Of a DNA stretch of 64,000 bases, positions 13,098-28,000 are shown in pieces. This stretch comes from Auanema rhodensis. Taxonomy: Eukaryota > Animalia > Nematoda. The notes under the pieces are model-generated. The model did no database searches, was not told where the DNA came from, and was given only the letters and a program-made list of their open reading frames with translations. A program made the position numbers and the translations under genes. The stretch is taken from assembly GCA_964057225.1 (NCBI GenBank), contig CAXKVF010000002.1, positions 1-64,000 on the forward strand, given 5' to 3'. Numbering within the stretch: position 1 is the first letter of the stretch; every line of letters begins with the position of its first letter.

Positions 13098-16000
13098 CAC
13101 CGTGATATGAAGTTGTAATACTGTTTTTTTCATATTTTCTTAAAGAATATACAAAACCTAAATATGTTCCCTTGAAATGTACAACACAATTAGAAATCGC
13201 AATATATTGTATCGAGGAAAAACTCAAGGAAGATGCATATTTATCGTCTGTATTGCACATTTCAACACCGTGGAATGAAGTTGTAATATTTTTTTTTTCA
13301 TATTTTCTTAAAGAATATACAAAACCTAAATATCTTCACTTGAAATGTACAACACAGTTTAAAATCGCAATATATTGTATCGAGGAAAAACTCAAGGAAG
13401 ATGCATATTTATCGTCTGTATTGCACATTTCAACACCGTGATATGAAGTTGTAATACTGTTTTTTTCATATTTTCTTAAAGAATATACAAAACCTAAATA
13501 TCTTCACATGAAATGTACAACACAATTAGAAATCGCAATATATTGTATCGAGGAAAAACTCAAGGAAGATGCATATTTATCGTCTGTATTGCACATTTCA
13601 ACACCGTGGAATGAAGTTGTAATACTGTTTTTTTCATATTTTCTTAAAGAATATACAAAACCTAAATATCTTCACTTGAAATGTACAACACAGTTCAAAA
13701 TCGCAAGGAAGATGCATATTTATCGTCTGTATTGCACATTTCAACACCGTGGAATGAAGTTTTAATACTGTTTTTTTCATATTTTCTTAGAGAATATACA
13801 AAACCTAAATATCTTCACTTGAAATGTACAACACAGTTTAAAATCGCAATATATTGTATCGAGGAAAAACTCAAGGAAGATGCATATTTATCGTCTGTAT
13901 TGCACATTTCAACACGGTGGAATGAAGTTGTAATATTTTTTTTTCATATTTTCTTAAAGAATATACAAAACCTAAATATCTTCACATGAAATGTACAACA
14001 CAATTAGAAATTGCAATATATTGTATCGAGGAAAAACTCAAGGAAGATGCATATTTATCGTCTGTATTGCACATTTCAACACCGTGGAATGAAGTTGTAA
14101 TACTGTTTTTTTCATATTTTCTTAAAGAATATACAAAACCTAAATATCTTCACTTGAAATGTACAACACAGTTTAAAATCGCAATATATTGTATCGAGAA
14201 AAAACTCGAGGAAGATGCATATTTATCGTCTGTGTTGCACATTTCAACACGGTGGAATGAAGTTGTAATATTTTTTTTTTCATATTTTCTTAAAGAATAT
14301 ACAAAACCTAAATATCTTCACTTGAAATGTACAACACAATTAGAAATCGCAATATATTGTATCGAGGAAAAACTCAAGGAAGATGCATATTTATCGTCTG
14401 TATTGCACATTTGAACACCGTGATATGAAGTTGTAATACTGTTTTTTTCATATTTTCTTAAAGAATATACAAAACCTAAATATGTTCACTTGAAATGTAC
14501 AACACAATTAGAAATCGCAATATATTGTATCGAGGAAAAACTCAAGGAAGATGCATATTTATCGTCTGTATTGCACATTTCAACACGGTGGAATGAAGTT
14601 GTAATATTTTTTTTTTCATATTTTCTTAAAGAATATACAAAACCTAAATATCTTCACATGAAATGTACAACACAATTAGAAATCGCAATATATTGTATCG
14701 AGGAAAAACTCAAGGAAGATGCATATTTATCGTCTGTATTGCACATTTCAACACCGTGGAATGATGTTGTAATACTGTTTTTTTCATATTTTCTTAAAGA
14801 ATATACAAAACCTAAATATCTTCACTTGAAATGTACAACACAGTTTAAAATCGCAATATATTGTATCGAGAAAAAACTCGAGGAAGATGCATATTTATCG
14901 TCTGTGTTGCACATTTCAACACGGTGGAATGAAGTTGTAATATTTTTTTTTTCATATTTTCTTAAAGAATATACAAAACCTAAATATCTTCACATGAAAT
15001 GTACAACACAATTAGAAATCGCAATATATTGTATCCAGGAAAAACTCAAGGAAGATGCATATTTATCGTCTGTATTGCACATTTCAACACCGTGGAATGA
15101 AGTTGTAATATTTTTTTTTTTCATATTTTCTTAAAGAATATACAAAACCTTAGTATCTTCACTTGAAATGTACAACACAATTAGAAATCGCAATATATTG
15201 TATCCAGGAAAAACTCAAGGAAGATGCATATTTATCGTCTGTATTGCACATTTCAACACCGTGGAATGAAGTTGTAATACTGTTTTTTTCATATTTTCTT
15301 AAGGAATATACAAAAACTAAATATCTTCACTTGAAATGTACAACACAGTTTGAAATCGCAATATATTGTATCGAGGAAAAACTCAAGGAAGATGCATATT
15401 TATCGTCTGTATTGCACATTTCAACACCGTGGAATGAAGTTGTAATATTTTTTTTTTTCATATTTTCTTAAAGAATATACAAAACCTTAATATGTTCACT
15501 TGAAATTTACAACACAATTAGAAATCGCAATATATTGTATCGAGGAAAAACTCAAGGAAGATGCATATTTATCGTCTGTATTGCACATTTCAACACCGTG
15601 GAATGAAGTTTTAATACTGTTTTTTTTCATATTTTCTTAGAGAATATACAAAACCTAAATATCTTCACTTGAAATGTACAACACAGTTCAAAATCGCAAT
15701 ATATTGTATCGAGGAAAAACTCAAGGAAGATGCATATTTATCGTCTGTATTGCACATTTCAACACGGTGGAATGAAGTTGTAATATTTTTTTTTCATATT
15801 TTCTTAAAGAATATACAAAACCTAAATATCTTCACATGAAATGTACAACACAATTAGAAATCGCAATATATTGTATCGAGGAAAAACTCAAGGAAGATGC
15901 ATATTTATCGTCTATATTGCACATTTCAACACCGTGGAATGAAGTTTTAATACTGTTTTTTTCATATTTTCTTAGAGAATATACAAAACCTAAATATCTT

Positions 16001-19000
16001 CACTTGAAATGTACAACACAGTTCAAAATCGCAATATATTGTATCGAGGAAAAACTCAAGGAAGATGCATATTTATCGTCTGTATTGCACATTTCAACAC
16101 TGTGGAATGAAGTTGTAATATTTTTTTTTCATATTTTCTTAAAGAATATACAAAACCTAAATATCTTCACTTGAAATGTACAACACAATTAGAAATCGCA
16201 ATATATTGTATCGAGGAAAAACTCAAGGAAGATGCATATTTATCGTCTGTATTGCACATTTCAACACTGTGGAATGAAGTTGTAATATTTTTTTTTCATA
16301 TTTTCTTAAAGAATATACAAAACCTTAGTATCTTCACTTGAAATGTACAACACAGTTTGAAATCGCAATATATTGTATCGAGGAAAAACTCAAGGAAGAT
16401 GCATATTTATCGTCTGTATTGCACATTTCAACACCGTGGAATGAAGTTGTAATATTTTTTTTTTCATATTTTCTTGAAGAATATACAAAACCTTAGTATT
16501 TTCACTTGAAATGTACAACACAGTTTGAAATCGCAATATATTGTATCGAGGAAAAACTCAAGGAAGATGCATATTTATCGTCTGTATTGCACATTTCAAC
16601 ACTGTGGAATGAAGTTGTAATATTTTTTTTTCATATTTTCTTAAAGAATATACAAAACCTAAATATCTTCACTTGAAATGTACAACACAATTAGAAATCG
16701 CAATATATTGTATCGAGGAAAAACTCAAGGAAGATGCATATTTATCGTCTGTATTGCACATTTCAACACTGTGGAATGAAGTTGTAATATTTTTTTTTCA
16801 TATTTTCTTAAAGAATATACAAAACCTTAGTATCTTCACTTGAAATGTACAACACAGTTTGAAATCGCAATATATTGTATCGAGGAAAAACTCAAGGAAG
16901 ATGCATATTTATCGTCTGTATTGCACATTTCAACACCGTGGAATGAAGTTGTAATATTTTTTTTTTCATATTTTCTTGAAGAATATACAAAACCTTAGTA
17001 TTTTCACTTGAAATGTACAACACAATTAGAAAACGCAATATATTGTATCGAGGAAAAACTCAAGGAAGATGCATATTTATCGTCTGTATTGCACATTTCA
17101 ACACGGTGGAATGAAGTTGTAATATTTTTTTTTCATATTTTCTTAAAGAATATACAAAACCTAAATATCTTCACATGAAATGTACAACACAATTAGAAAT
17201 CGCAATATATTGTATCGAGGAAAAACTCAAGGAAGATGCATATTTATCGTCTGTATTGCACATTTCAACACCGTGGAATGATGTTGTAATAATGTTTTTT
17301 TCATATTTTCTTAAAGAATATACAAAACCTAAATATCTTCACTTGAAATGTACAACACAGTTTAAAATCGCAATATATTGTATCGAGGAAAAACTCAAGG
17401 AAGATGCATATTTATCGTCTGTATTGCACATTTCAACACCGTGGAATGAAGTTTTAATACTGTTTTTTTCATATTTTCTTAGAGAATATACAAAACCCAA
17501 ATATCTTCACTTGAAATGTACAACACAGTTCAAAATCGCAAGGAAGATGCATATTTATCGTCTGTATTGCACATTTCAACACCGTGGAATGAAGTTTTAA
17601 TACTGTTTTTTTCATATTTTCTTAGAGAATATACAAAATCTAAATATCTTCACTTGAAATGTACAACACAGTTTAAAATCGCAATATATTGTATCGAGGA
17701 AAAACTCAAGGAAGATGCATATTTATCGTCTGTATTGCACATTTGAACACCGTGATATGAAGTTGTAATACTGTTTTTTTCATATTTTCTTAAAGAATAT
17801 ACAAAACCTAAATATGTTCACTTGAAATGTACAACACAATTAGAAATCGCAATATATTGTATCGAGGAAAAACTCAAGGAAGATGCATATTTATCGTCTG
17901 TATTGCACATTTCAACACGGTGGAATGAAGTTGTAATATTTTTTTTTTCATATTTTCTTAAAGAATATACAAAACCTAAATATCTTCACATGAAATGTAC
18001 AACACAATTAGAAATCGCAATATATTGTATCGAGGAAAAACTCAAGGAAGATGCATATTTATCGTCTGTATTGCACATTTCAACACCGTGGAATGATGTT
18101 GTAATACTGTTTTTTTCATATTTTCTTAAAGAATATACAAAACCTAAATATCTTCACTTGAAATGTACAACACAGTTTAAAATCGCAATATATTGTATCG
18201 AGAAAAAACTCGAGGAAGATGCATATTTATCGTCTGTGTTGCACATTTCAACACGGTGGAATGAAGTTGTAATATTTTTTTTTTCATATTTTCTTAAAGA
18301 ATATACAAAACCTAAATATCTTCACATGAAATGTACAACACAATTAGAAATCGCAATATATTGTATCCAGGAAAAACTCAAGTAAGATGCATATTTATCG
18401 TCTGTATTGCACATTTCAACACCGTGGAATGAAGTTGTAATACTGTTTTTTTCATATTTTCTTAAGGAATATACAAAACCTTAGTATCTTCACTTGAAAT
18501 GTACAACACAATTAGAAATCGCAATATATTGTATCCAGGAAAAACTCAAGGAAGATGCATATTTATCGTCTGTATTGCACATTTCAACACCGTGGAATGA
18601 AGTTGTAATATTTTTTTTTTCATATTTTCTTAAAGAATATACAAAACCTTAATATGTTCACTTGAAATTTACAACACAATTAGAAATCGCAATATATTGT
18701 ATCGAGGAAAAACTCAAGGAAGATGCATATTTATCGTCTGTATTGCACATTTCAACACCGTGGAATGAAGTTTTAATACTGTTTTTTTTCATATTTTCTT
18801 AGAGAATATACAAAACCTAAATATCTTCACTTGAAATGTACAACACAGTTCAAAATCGCAATATATTGTATCGAGGAAAAACTCAAGGAAGATGCATATT
18901 TATCGTCTGTATTGCACATTTCAACACCGTGGAATGAAGTTGTAATATTTTTTTTTTCATATTTTCTTAAAGAATATACAAAACCTAAATATTTTCACTT

Positions 19001-22000
19001 GAAATGTACAACACAGTTTAAAATCGCAATATATTGTATCGAGAAAAAACTCGAGGAAGATGCATATTTATCGTCTGTGTTGCACATTTCAACACCGTGG
19101 AATGAAGTTGTAATATTTTTTTTTCATATTTTCTTAAAGAATATACAAAACCTAAATATCTTCACATGAAATGTACAACATAATTAGAAATCGCAATATA
19201 TTGTATCGAGGAAAAACTCAAGGAAGATGCATATTTATCGTCTGTATTGCACATTTCAACACCGTGGAATGAAGTTTTAATACTGTTTTTTTCATATTTT
19301 CTTAGAGAATATACAAAACCTAAATATCTTCACTTGAAATGTACAACACAGTTCAAAATCGCAATATATTGTATCGAGGAAAAACTCAAGGAAGATGCAT
19401 ATTTATCGTCTGTATTGCACATTTCAACACTGTGGAATGAAGTTGTAATATTTTTTTTTCATATTTTCTTAAAGAATATACAAAACCTAAATATCTTCAC
19501 TTGAAATGTACAACACAATTAGAAATCGCAATATATTGTATCGAGGAAAAACTCAAGGAAGATGCATATTTATCGTCTGTATTGCACATTTCAACACTGT
19601 GGAATGAAGTTGTAATATTTTTTTTTCATATTTTCTTAAAGAATATACAAAACCTTAGTATCTTCACTTGAAATGTACAACACAGTTTGAAATCGCAATA
19701 TATTGTATCGAGGAAAAACTCAAGGAAGATGCATATTTATCGTCTGTATTGCACATTTCAACACCGTGGAATGAAGTTGTAATATTTTTTTTTTCATATT
19801 GTCTTAAAGAATATACAAAACCTTAGTATCTTCACTTGAAATGTACAACACAGTTTGAAATCGCAATATATTGTATCGAGGAAAAACTCAAGGAAGATGC
19901 ATATTTATCGTCTGTATTGCACATTTCAACACCGTGGAATGAAGTTGTAATACTGTTTTTTCATATTTTCTTAAGGAATATACAAAAACTAAATATCTTC
20001 ACTTGAAATGTACAACACAGTTTGAAATCGCAATATATTGTATCGAGGAAAAACTCAAGGAAGATGCATATTTATCGTCTGTATTGCACATTTCAACACC
20101 GTGGAATGAAGTTGTAATATTTTTTTTTTCATATTTTCTTAAAGAATATACAAAACCTAAATATCTTCACTTGAAATGTACAACACAATTAGAAATCGCA
20201 ATATATTGTATCGAGGAAAAACTCAAGGAAGATGCATATTTATCGTCTGTATTGCACATTTCAACACCGTGATATGAAGTTGTAATACTGTTTTTTTCAT
20301 ATTTTCTTAAAGAATATACAAAACCTAAATATGTTCACTTGAAATGTACAACACAATTAGAAATCGCAATATATTGTATCGAGGAAAAACTCAAGGAAGA
20401 TGCATATTTATCGTCTGTATTGCACATTTCAACACCGTGGAATGAAGTTTTAATACTGTTTTTTTCATATTTTCTTAGAGAATATACAAAACCTAAATAT
20501 CTTCACTTGAAATGTACAACACAGTTTAAAATCGCAATATATTGTATCGAGGAAAAACTCAAGGAAGATGCATATTTATCGTCTGTATTGCACATTTCAA
20601 CACTGTGGAATGAAGTTGTAATATTTTTTTTTCATATTTTCTTAAAGAATATACAAAACCTAAATATCTTCACTTGAAATGTACAACACAATTAGAAATC
20701 GCAATATATTGTATCGAGGAAAAACTCAAGGAAGATGCATATTTATCGTCTGTATTGCACATTTCAACACTGTGGAATGAAGTTGTAATATTTTTTTTTC
20801 ATATTTTCTTAAAGAATATACAAAACCTTAGTATCTTCACTTGAAATGTACAACACAGTTTGAAATCGCAATATATTGTATCGAGGAAAAACTCAAGGAA
20901 GATGCATATTTATCGTCTGTATTGCACATTTCAACACCGTGGAATGAAGTTGTAATATTTTTTTTTTCATATTGTCTTAAAGAGTATACAAAACCTTAGT
21001 ATCTTCACTTGAAATGTACAACACAGTTTGAAATCGCAATATATTGTATCGAGGAAAAACTCAAGGAAGATGCATATTTATCGTCTGTATTGCACATTTC
21101 AACACCGTGGAATGAAGTTGTAATACTGTTTTTTTCATATTTTCTTAAGGAATATACAAAAACTAAATATCTTCACTTGAAATGTACAACACAGTTTGAA
21201 ATCGCAATATATTGTATCGAGGAAAAACTCAAGGAAGATGCATATTTATCGTCTGTATTGCACATTTCAACACCGTGGAATGAAGTTGTAATATTTTTTT
21301 TTTCATATTTTCTTAAAGAATATACAAAACCTAAATATCTTCACTTGAAATGTACAACACAATTAGAAATCGCAATATATTGTATCGAGGAAAAACTCAA
21401 GGAAGATGCATATTTATCGTCTGTATTGCACATTTCAACACCGTGATATGAAGTTGTAATACTGTTTTTTTCATATTTTCTTAAAGAATATACAAAACCT
21501 AAATATGTTCACTTGAAATGTACAACACAATTAGAAATCGCAATATATTGTATCGAGGAAAAACTCAAGGAAGATGCATATTTATCGTCTGTATTGCACA
21601 TTTCAACACCGTGGAATGAAGTTTTAATACTGTTTTTTTCATATTTTCTTAGAGAATATACAAAACCTAAATATCTTCACTTGAAATGTACAACACAGTT
21701 TAAAATCGCAATATATTGTATCGAGGAAAAACTCAAGGAAGATGCATATTTATCGTCTGTATTGCACATTTCAACACCGTGGAATGAAGTTTTAATACTG
21801 TTTTTTTCATATTTTCTTAGAGAATATACAAAACCTAAATATCTTCACATGAAATGTACAACACAATTAGAAATCGCAATATATTGTATCGAGGAAAAAC
21901 TCAAGGAAGATGCATATTTATCGTCTGTATTGCACATTTCAACACCGTGGAATGAAGTTTTAATACTGTTTTTTTCATATTTTCTTAAAGAATATACAAA

Positions 22001-25000
22001 ACCTAAATATTTTCACTTGAAATGTACAACACAGTTTAAAATCGCAATATATTGTATCGAGAAAAAACTCGAGGAAGATGCATATTTATCGTCTGTGTTG
22101 CACATTTCAACACGGTGGAATGAAGTTGTAATATTTTTTTTTTCATATTTTCTTAAAGAATATACAAAACCTAAATATCTTCACATGAAATGTACAACAC
22201 AATTAGAAATCGCAATATATTGTATCGAGGAAAAACTCAAGGAAGATGCATATTTATCGTCTGTATTGCACATTTCAACACCGTGGTATGAAGTTGTAAT
22301 ACTGTTTTTTTCATATTTTCTTAAAGAATATACAGAACCTAAATATCTTCACTTGAAATGTAAAATACAGTTTAAAATCGCAATATATTGTATCGAGGAA
22401 AAACTGGAGGAAGATGCATATTATCGTCTGTATTGCACATTTCAACACCGTGGAATGAAGTTGTAATATTTTTTTTTCATAGTTTCTTAAAGAATATACA
22501 AAACCTAAATATCTTCACATGAAATGTACAACACAATTAGAAATCGCAATATATTGTATCGAGGAAAAACTCAAGGAAGATGCATATTTATCGTCTGTAT
22601 TGCACATTTCAACACTGTGAAATGAAGTTGTAATATTTTTTTTTTCATATTTTCTTAAAGAATATACAAAACCTAAATATCTTCATATGAAATGTACAAC
22701 ACAATTAGAAATCGCAATATATTGTATCGAGGAAAAACTCAAGGAAGATGCATATTTATCGTCTGTATTGCACATTTCAACACCGTGGAATGAAGTTGTA
22801 ATATTTTTTTTTTCATATTTTCTTAAAGAATATACAAAACCTAAATATCTTCACATGAAATGTACAACACAATTAGAAATTGCAATATATTGTGTCGAGG
22901 AAAAACTCAAGGTAGATGCATATTTATCGTCTGTATTGCACATTTCAACACGGTGGAATGAAGTTGTAATATTTTTTTTTTCATATTTTCTTAAAGAATA
23001 TACAAAACCTAAATATCTTCACATGAAATGTACAACACAGTTTGAAATCGCAATATATTGTATCGAGGAAAAACTCAAGGAAGATGCATATTTATCGTCT
23101 GTATTGCACATTTCAACACCGTGGAATGAAGTTCTAATATTTTTTTTTTCATATTTTCTTAAAGAATATACAAAACCTTAGTATCTTCACTTGAAATGTA
23201 CAACACAGTTTGAAATCGCAATATATTGTATCGAGGAAAAACTCAAGAAAATGCATATTTATCGTCTGTATTGCACATTTCAACACCGTGGAATGAAGTT
23301 CTAATATTTTTTTTTTCATATTTTCTTAAAGAATATACAAAACCTTAGTATCTTCACTTGAAATGTACAACACAGTTTGAAATCGCAATATATTGTATCG
23401 AGGAAAAACTCAAGGAAGATGCATATTTATCGTCTATATTGCACATTTCAACACCGTGATATGAAGTTGTAATACTGTTTTTTTCATATTTTCTTAAAGA
23501 ATATACAAAACCTAAATATGTTCCCTTGAAATGTACAACACAATTAGAAATCGCAATATATTGTATCGAGGAAAAACTCAAGGAAGATGCATATTTATCG
23601 TCTGTATTGCACATTTCAACACCGTGGAATGAAGTTGTAATATTTTTTTTTTCATATTTTCTTAAAGAATATACAGAACCTAAATATCTTCACTTGAAAT
23701 GTACAACACAGTTTAAAATCGCAATATATTGTATCGAGGAAAAACTCAAGGAAGATGCATATTTATCGTCTGTATTGCACATTTCAACACCGTGATATGA
23801 AGTTGTAATACTGTTTTTTTCATATTTTCTTAAAGAATATACAAAACCTAAATATCTTCACATGAAATGTACAACACAATTAGAAATCGCAATATATTGT
23901 ATCGAGGAAAAACTCAAGGAAGATGCATATTTATCGTCTGTATTGCACATTTCAACACCGTGGAATGAAGTTGTAATACTGTTTTTTTCATATTTTCTTA
24001 AAGAATATACAAAACCTAAATATTTTCACTTGAAATGTACAACACAGTTTAAAATCGCAATATATTGTATCGAGAAAAAACTCGAGGAAGATGCATATTT
24101 ATCGTCTGTATTGCACATTTCAACACGGTGGAATGAAGTTGTAATATTTTTTTTTTTCATATTTTCTTAAAGAATATACAAAACCTAAATATCTTCACAT
24201 GAAATGTACAACACAATTAGAAATCGCAATATATTGTATCGAGGAAAAACTCAAGGAAGATACATATTTATCGTCTGTATTGCACATTTCAACACCGTGG
24301 AATGAAGTTGTAATATTTTTTTTTTCATATTTTCTTAAAGAATATACAAAACCTAAATATTTTCACTTGAAATGTACAACACAGTTTAAAATCGCAATAT
24401 ATTGTATCGAGAAAAAACTCGAGGAAGATGCATATTTATCGTCTGTGTTGCACATTTCAACACGGTGGAATGAAGTTGTAATATTTTTTTTTTCATATTT
24501 TCTTAAAGAATATACAAAACCTAAATATCTTCACATGAAATGTACAACACAATTAGAAAACGCAATATATTGTATCGAGGAAAAACTCAAGGAAGATGCA
24601 TATTTATCGTCTGTATTGCACATTTCAACACCGTGGAATGAAGTTTTAATACTGTTTTTTTCATATTTTCTTAAAGAATATACAAAACCTAAATATCTTC
24701 ACTTGAAATGTACAACACAGTTTAAAATCGCAATATATTGTATCGAGAAAAAACTCAAGGAAGATGCATATTTATCGTCTGTATTGCACATTTCAACACC
24801 GTGGAATGAAGTTGTAATATTTTTTTTTTCATATTTTCTTGAAGAATATACAAAACCTTAGTATTTTCACATGAAATGTACAACACAGTTTGAAATCGCA
24901 ATATATTGTATCGAGGAAAAACTCAAGGAAGATGCATATTTATCGTCTGTATTGCACATTTCAACACCGTGGAATGAAGTTCTAATATTTTTTTTTTCAT

Positions 25001-28000
25001 ATTTTCTTAAAGAATATACAAAACCTTAGTATCTTCACTTGAAATGTACAACACAGTTTGAAATCGCAATATATTGTATCGAGGAAAAACTCAAGAAAAT
25101 GCATATTTATCGTCTGTATTGCACATTTCAACACCGTGGAATGAAGTTCTAATATTTTTTTTTTCATATTTTCTTAAAGAATATACAAAACCTTAGTATC
25201 TTCACTTGAAATGTACAACACAGTTTGAAATCGCAATATATTGTATCGAGGAAAAACTCAAGGAAGATGCATATTTATCGTCTATATTGCACATTTCAAC
25301 ACCGTGGAATGAAGTTTTAATACTGTTTTTTTCATATTTTCTTAAAGAATATACAAAACCTAAATATCTTCACTTGAAATGTACAACACAGTTTAAAATC
25401 GCAATATATTGTATCGAGAAAAAACTCAAGGAAGATGCATATTTATCGTCTGTATTGCACATTTCAACACCGTGGAATGAAGTTGTAATACTGTTTTTTA
25501 CATATTTTCTTAAAGAATATACAAAACCTAAATATCTTCACTTGAAATGTACAACACAGTTTAAAATCGCAATATATTGTATCGAGAAAAAACTCGAGGA
25601 AGATGCATATTTATCGTCTGTGTTGCACATTTCAACACGGTGGAATGAAGTTGTAATATTTTTTTTTTCATATTTTCTTAAAGAATATACAAAACCTAAA
25701 TATCTTCACTTGAAATGTACAACACAATTAGAAATCGCAATATATTGTATCGAGGAAAAACTCAAGGAAGATGCATATTTATCGTCTGTATTGCACATTT
25801 GAACACCGTGATATGAAGTTGTAATACTGTTTTTTTCATATTTTCTTAAAGAATATACAAAACCTAAATATGTTCACTTGAAATGTACAACACAATTAGA
25901 AATCGCAATATATTGTATCGAGGAAAAACTCAAGGAAGATGCATATTTATCGTCTGTATTGCACATTTCAACACGGTGGAATGAAGTTGTAATATTTTTT
26001 TTTTCATATTTTCTTAAAGAATATACAAAACCTAAATATCTTCACATGAAATGTACAACACAATTAGAAATCGCAATATATTGTATCGAGGAAAAACTCA
26101 AGGAAGATGCATATTTATCGTCTGTATTGCACATTTCAACACCGTGGAATGATGTTGTAATACTGTTTTTTTCATATTTTCTTAAAGAATATACAAAACC
26201 TAAATATCTTCACTTGAAATGTACAACACAGTTTAAAATCGCAATATATTGTATCGAGAAAAAACTCGAGGAAGATGCATATTTATCGTCTGTGTTGCAC
26301 ATTTCAACACGGTGGAATGAAGTTGTAATATTTTTTTTTTCATATTTTCTTAAAGAATATACAAAACCTAAATATCTTCACATGAAATGTACAACACAAT
26401 TAGAAATCGCAATATATTGTATCCAGGAAAAACTCAAGGAAGATGCATATTTATCGTCTGTATTGCACATTTCAACACCGTGGAATGAAGTTGTAATATT
26501 TTTTTTTTCATATTTTCTTAAAGAATATACAAAACCTTAGTATCTTCACTTGAAATGTACAACACAATTAGAAATCGCAATATATTGTATCCAGGAAAAA
26601 CTCAAGGAAGATGCATATTTATCGTCTGTATTGCACATTTCAACACCGTGGAATGAAGTTGTAATACTGTTTTTTTCATATTTTCTTAAGGAATATACAA
26701 AAACTAAATATCTTCACTTGAAATGTACAACACAGTTTGAAATCGCAATATATTGTATCGAGGAAAAACTCAAGGAAGATGCATATTTATCGTCTGTATT
26801 GCACATTTCAACACCGTGGAATGAAGTTGTAATATTTTTTTTTTCATATTTTCTTAAAGAATATACAAAACCTTAATATGTTCACTTGAAATTTACAACA
26901 CAATTAGAAATCGCAATATATTGTATCGAGGAAAAACTCAAGGAAGATGCATATTTATCGTCTGTATTGCACATTTCAACACCGTGGAATGAAGTTTTAA
27001 TACTGTTTTTTTTCATATTTTCTTAGAGAATATACAAAACCTAAATATCTTCACTTGAAATGTACAACACAGTTCAAAATCGCAATATATTGTATCGAGG
27101 AAAAACTCAAGGAAGATGCATATTTATCGTCTGTATTGCACATTTCAACACGGTGGAATGAAGTTGTAATATTTTTTTTTCATATTTTCTTAAAGAATAT
27201 ACAAAACCTAAATATCTTCACATGAAATGTACAACACAATTAGAAATCGCAATATATTGTATCGAGGAAAAACTCAAGGAAGATGCATATTTATCGTCTG
27301 TATTGCACATTTCAACACCGTGGAATGAAGTTTTAATACTGTTTTTTTCATATTTTCTTAGAGAATATACAAAACCTAAATATCTTCACTTGAAATGTAC
27401 AACACAGTTCAAAATCGCAATATATTGTATCGAGGAAAAACTCAAGGAAGATGCATATTTATCGTCTGTATTGCACATTTCAACACTGTGGAATGAAGTT
27501 GTAATATTTTTTTTTCATATTTTCTTAAAGAATATACAAAACCTAAATATCTTCACTTGAAATGTACAACACAATTAGAAATCGCAATATATTGTATCGA
27601 GGAAAAACTCAAGGAAGATGCATATTTATCGTCTGTATTGCACATTTCAACACTGTGGAATGAAGTTGTAATATTTTTTTTTCATATTTTCTTAAAGAAT
27701 ATACAAAACCTTAGTATCTTCACTTGAAATGTACAACACAGTTTGAAATCGCAATATATTGTATCGAGGAAAAACTCAAGGAAGATGCATATTTATCGTC
27801 TGTATTGCACATTTCAACACCGTGGAATGAAGTTGTAATATTTTTTTTTTCATATTTTCTTGAAGAATATACAAAACCTTAGTATTTTCACTTGAAATGT
27901 ACAACACAATTAGAAAACGCAATATATTGTATCGAGGAAAAACTCAAGGAAGATGCATATTTATCGTCTGTATTGCACATTTCAACACCGTGGAATGAAG

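Noticed and set aside
12842-13110. Common ancestry of satellites A and B
   Set aside because: Only short AT-rich words are shared (TTTCAA, ATGAA, TGAAGT, TATCTT, TCATATT), and I could not find a convincing collinear alignment by eye. A formal alignment with shuffled controls would settle it.
13098-13159. RAG/Transib RSS-like motif: CACNGTG heptamer followed by ACAAAACC or ACAAAAACT
   Set aside because: The spacer is 46 bp, not 12 or 23, and the heptamer centre varies (C/G/T). The alternative CACAGTT-N24-GGAAAAACT is a poor match. Chance in AT-rich DNA is likely.
13260-13300. Rho-independent terminator (hairpin plus T-run)
   Set aside because: There is no GC-rich stem immediately before the T-tract, and the context is not a prokaryotic operon.
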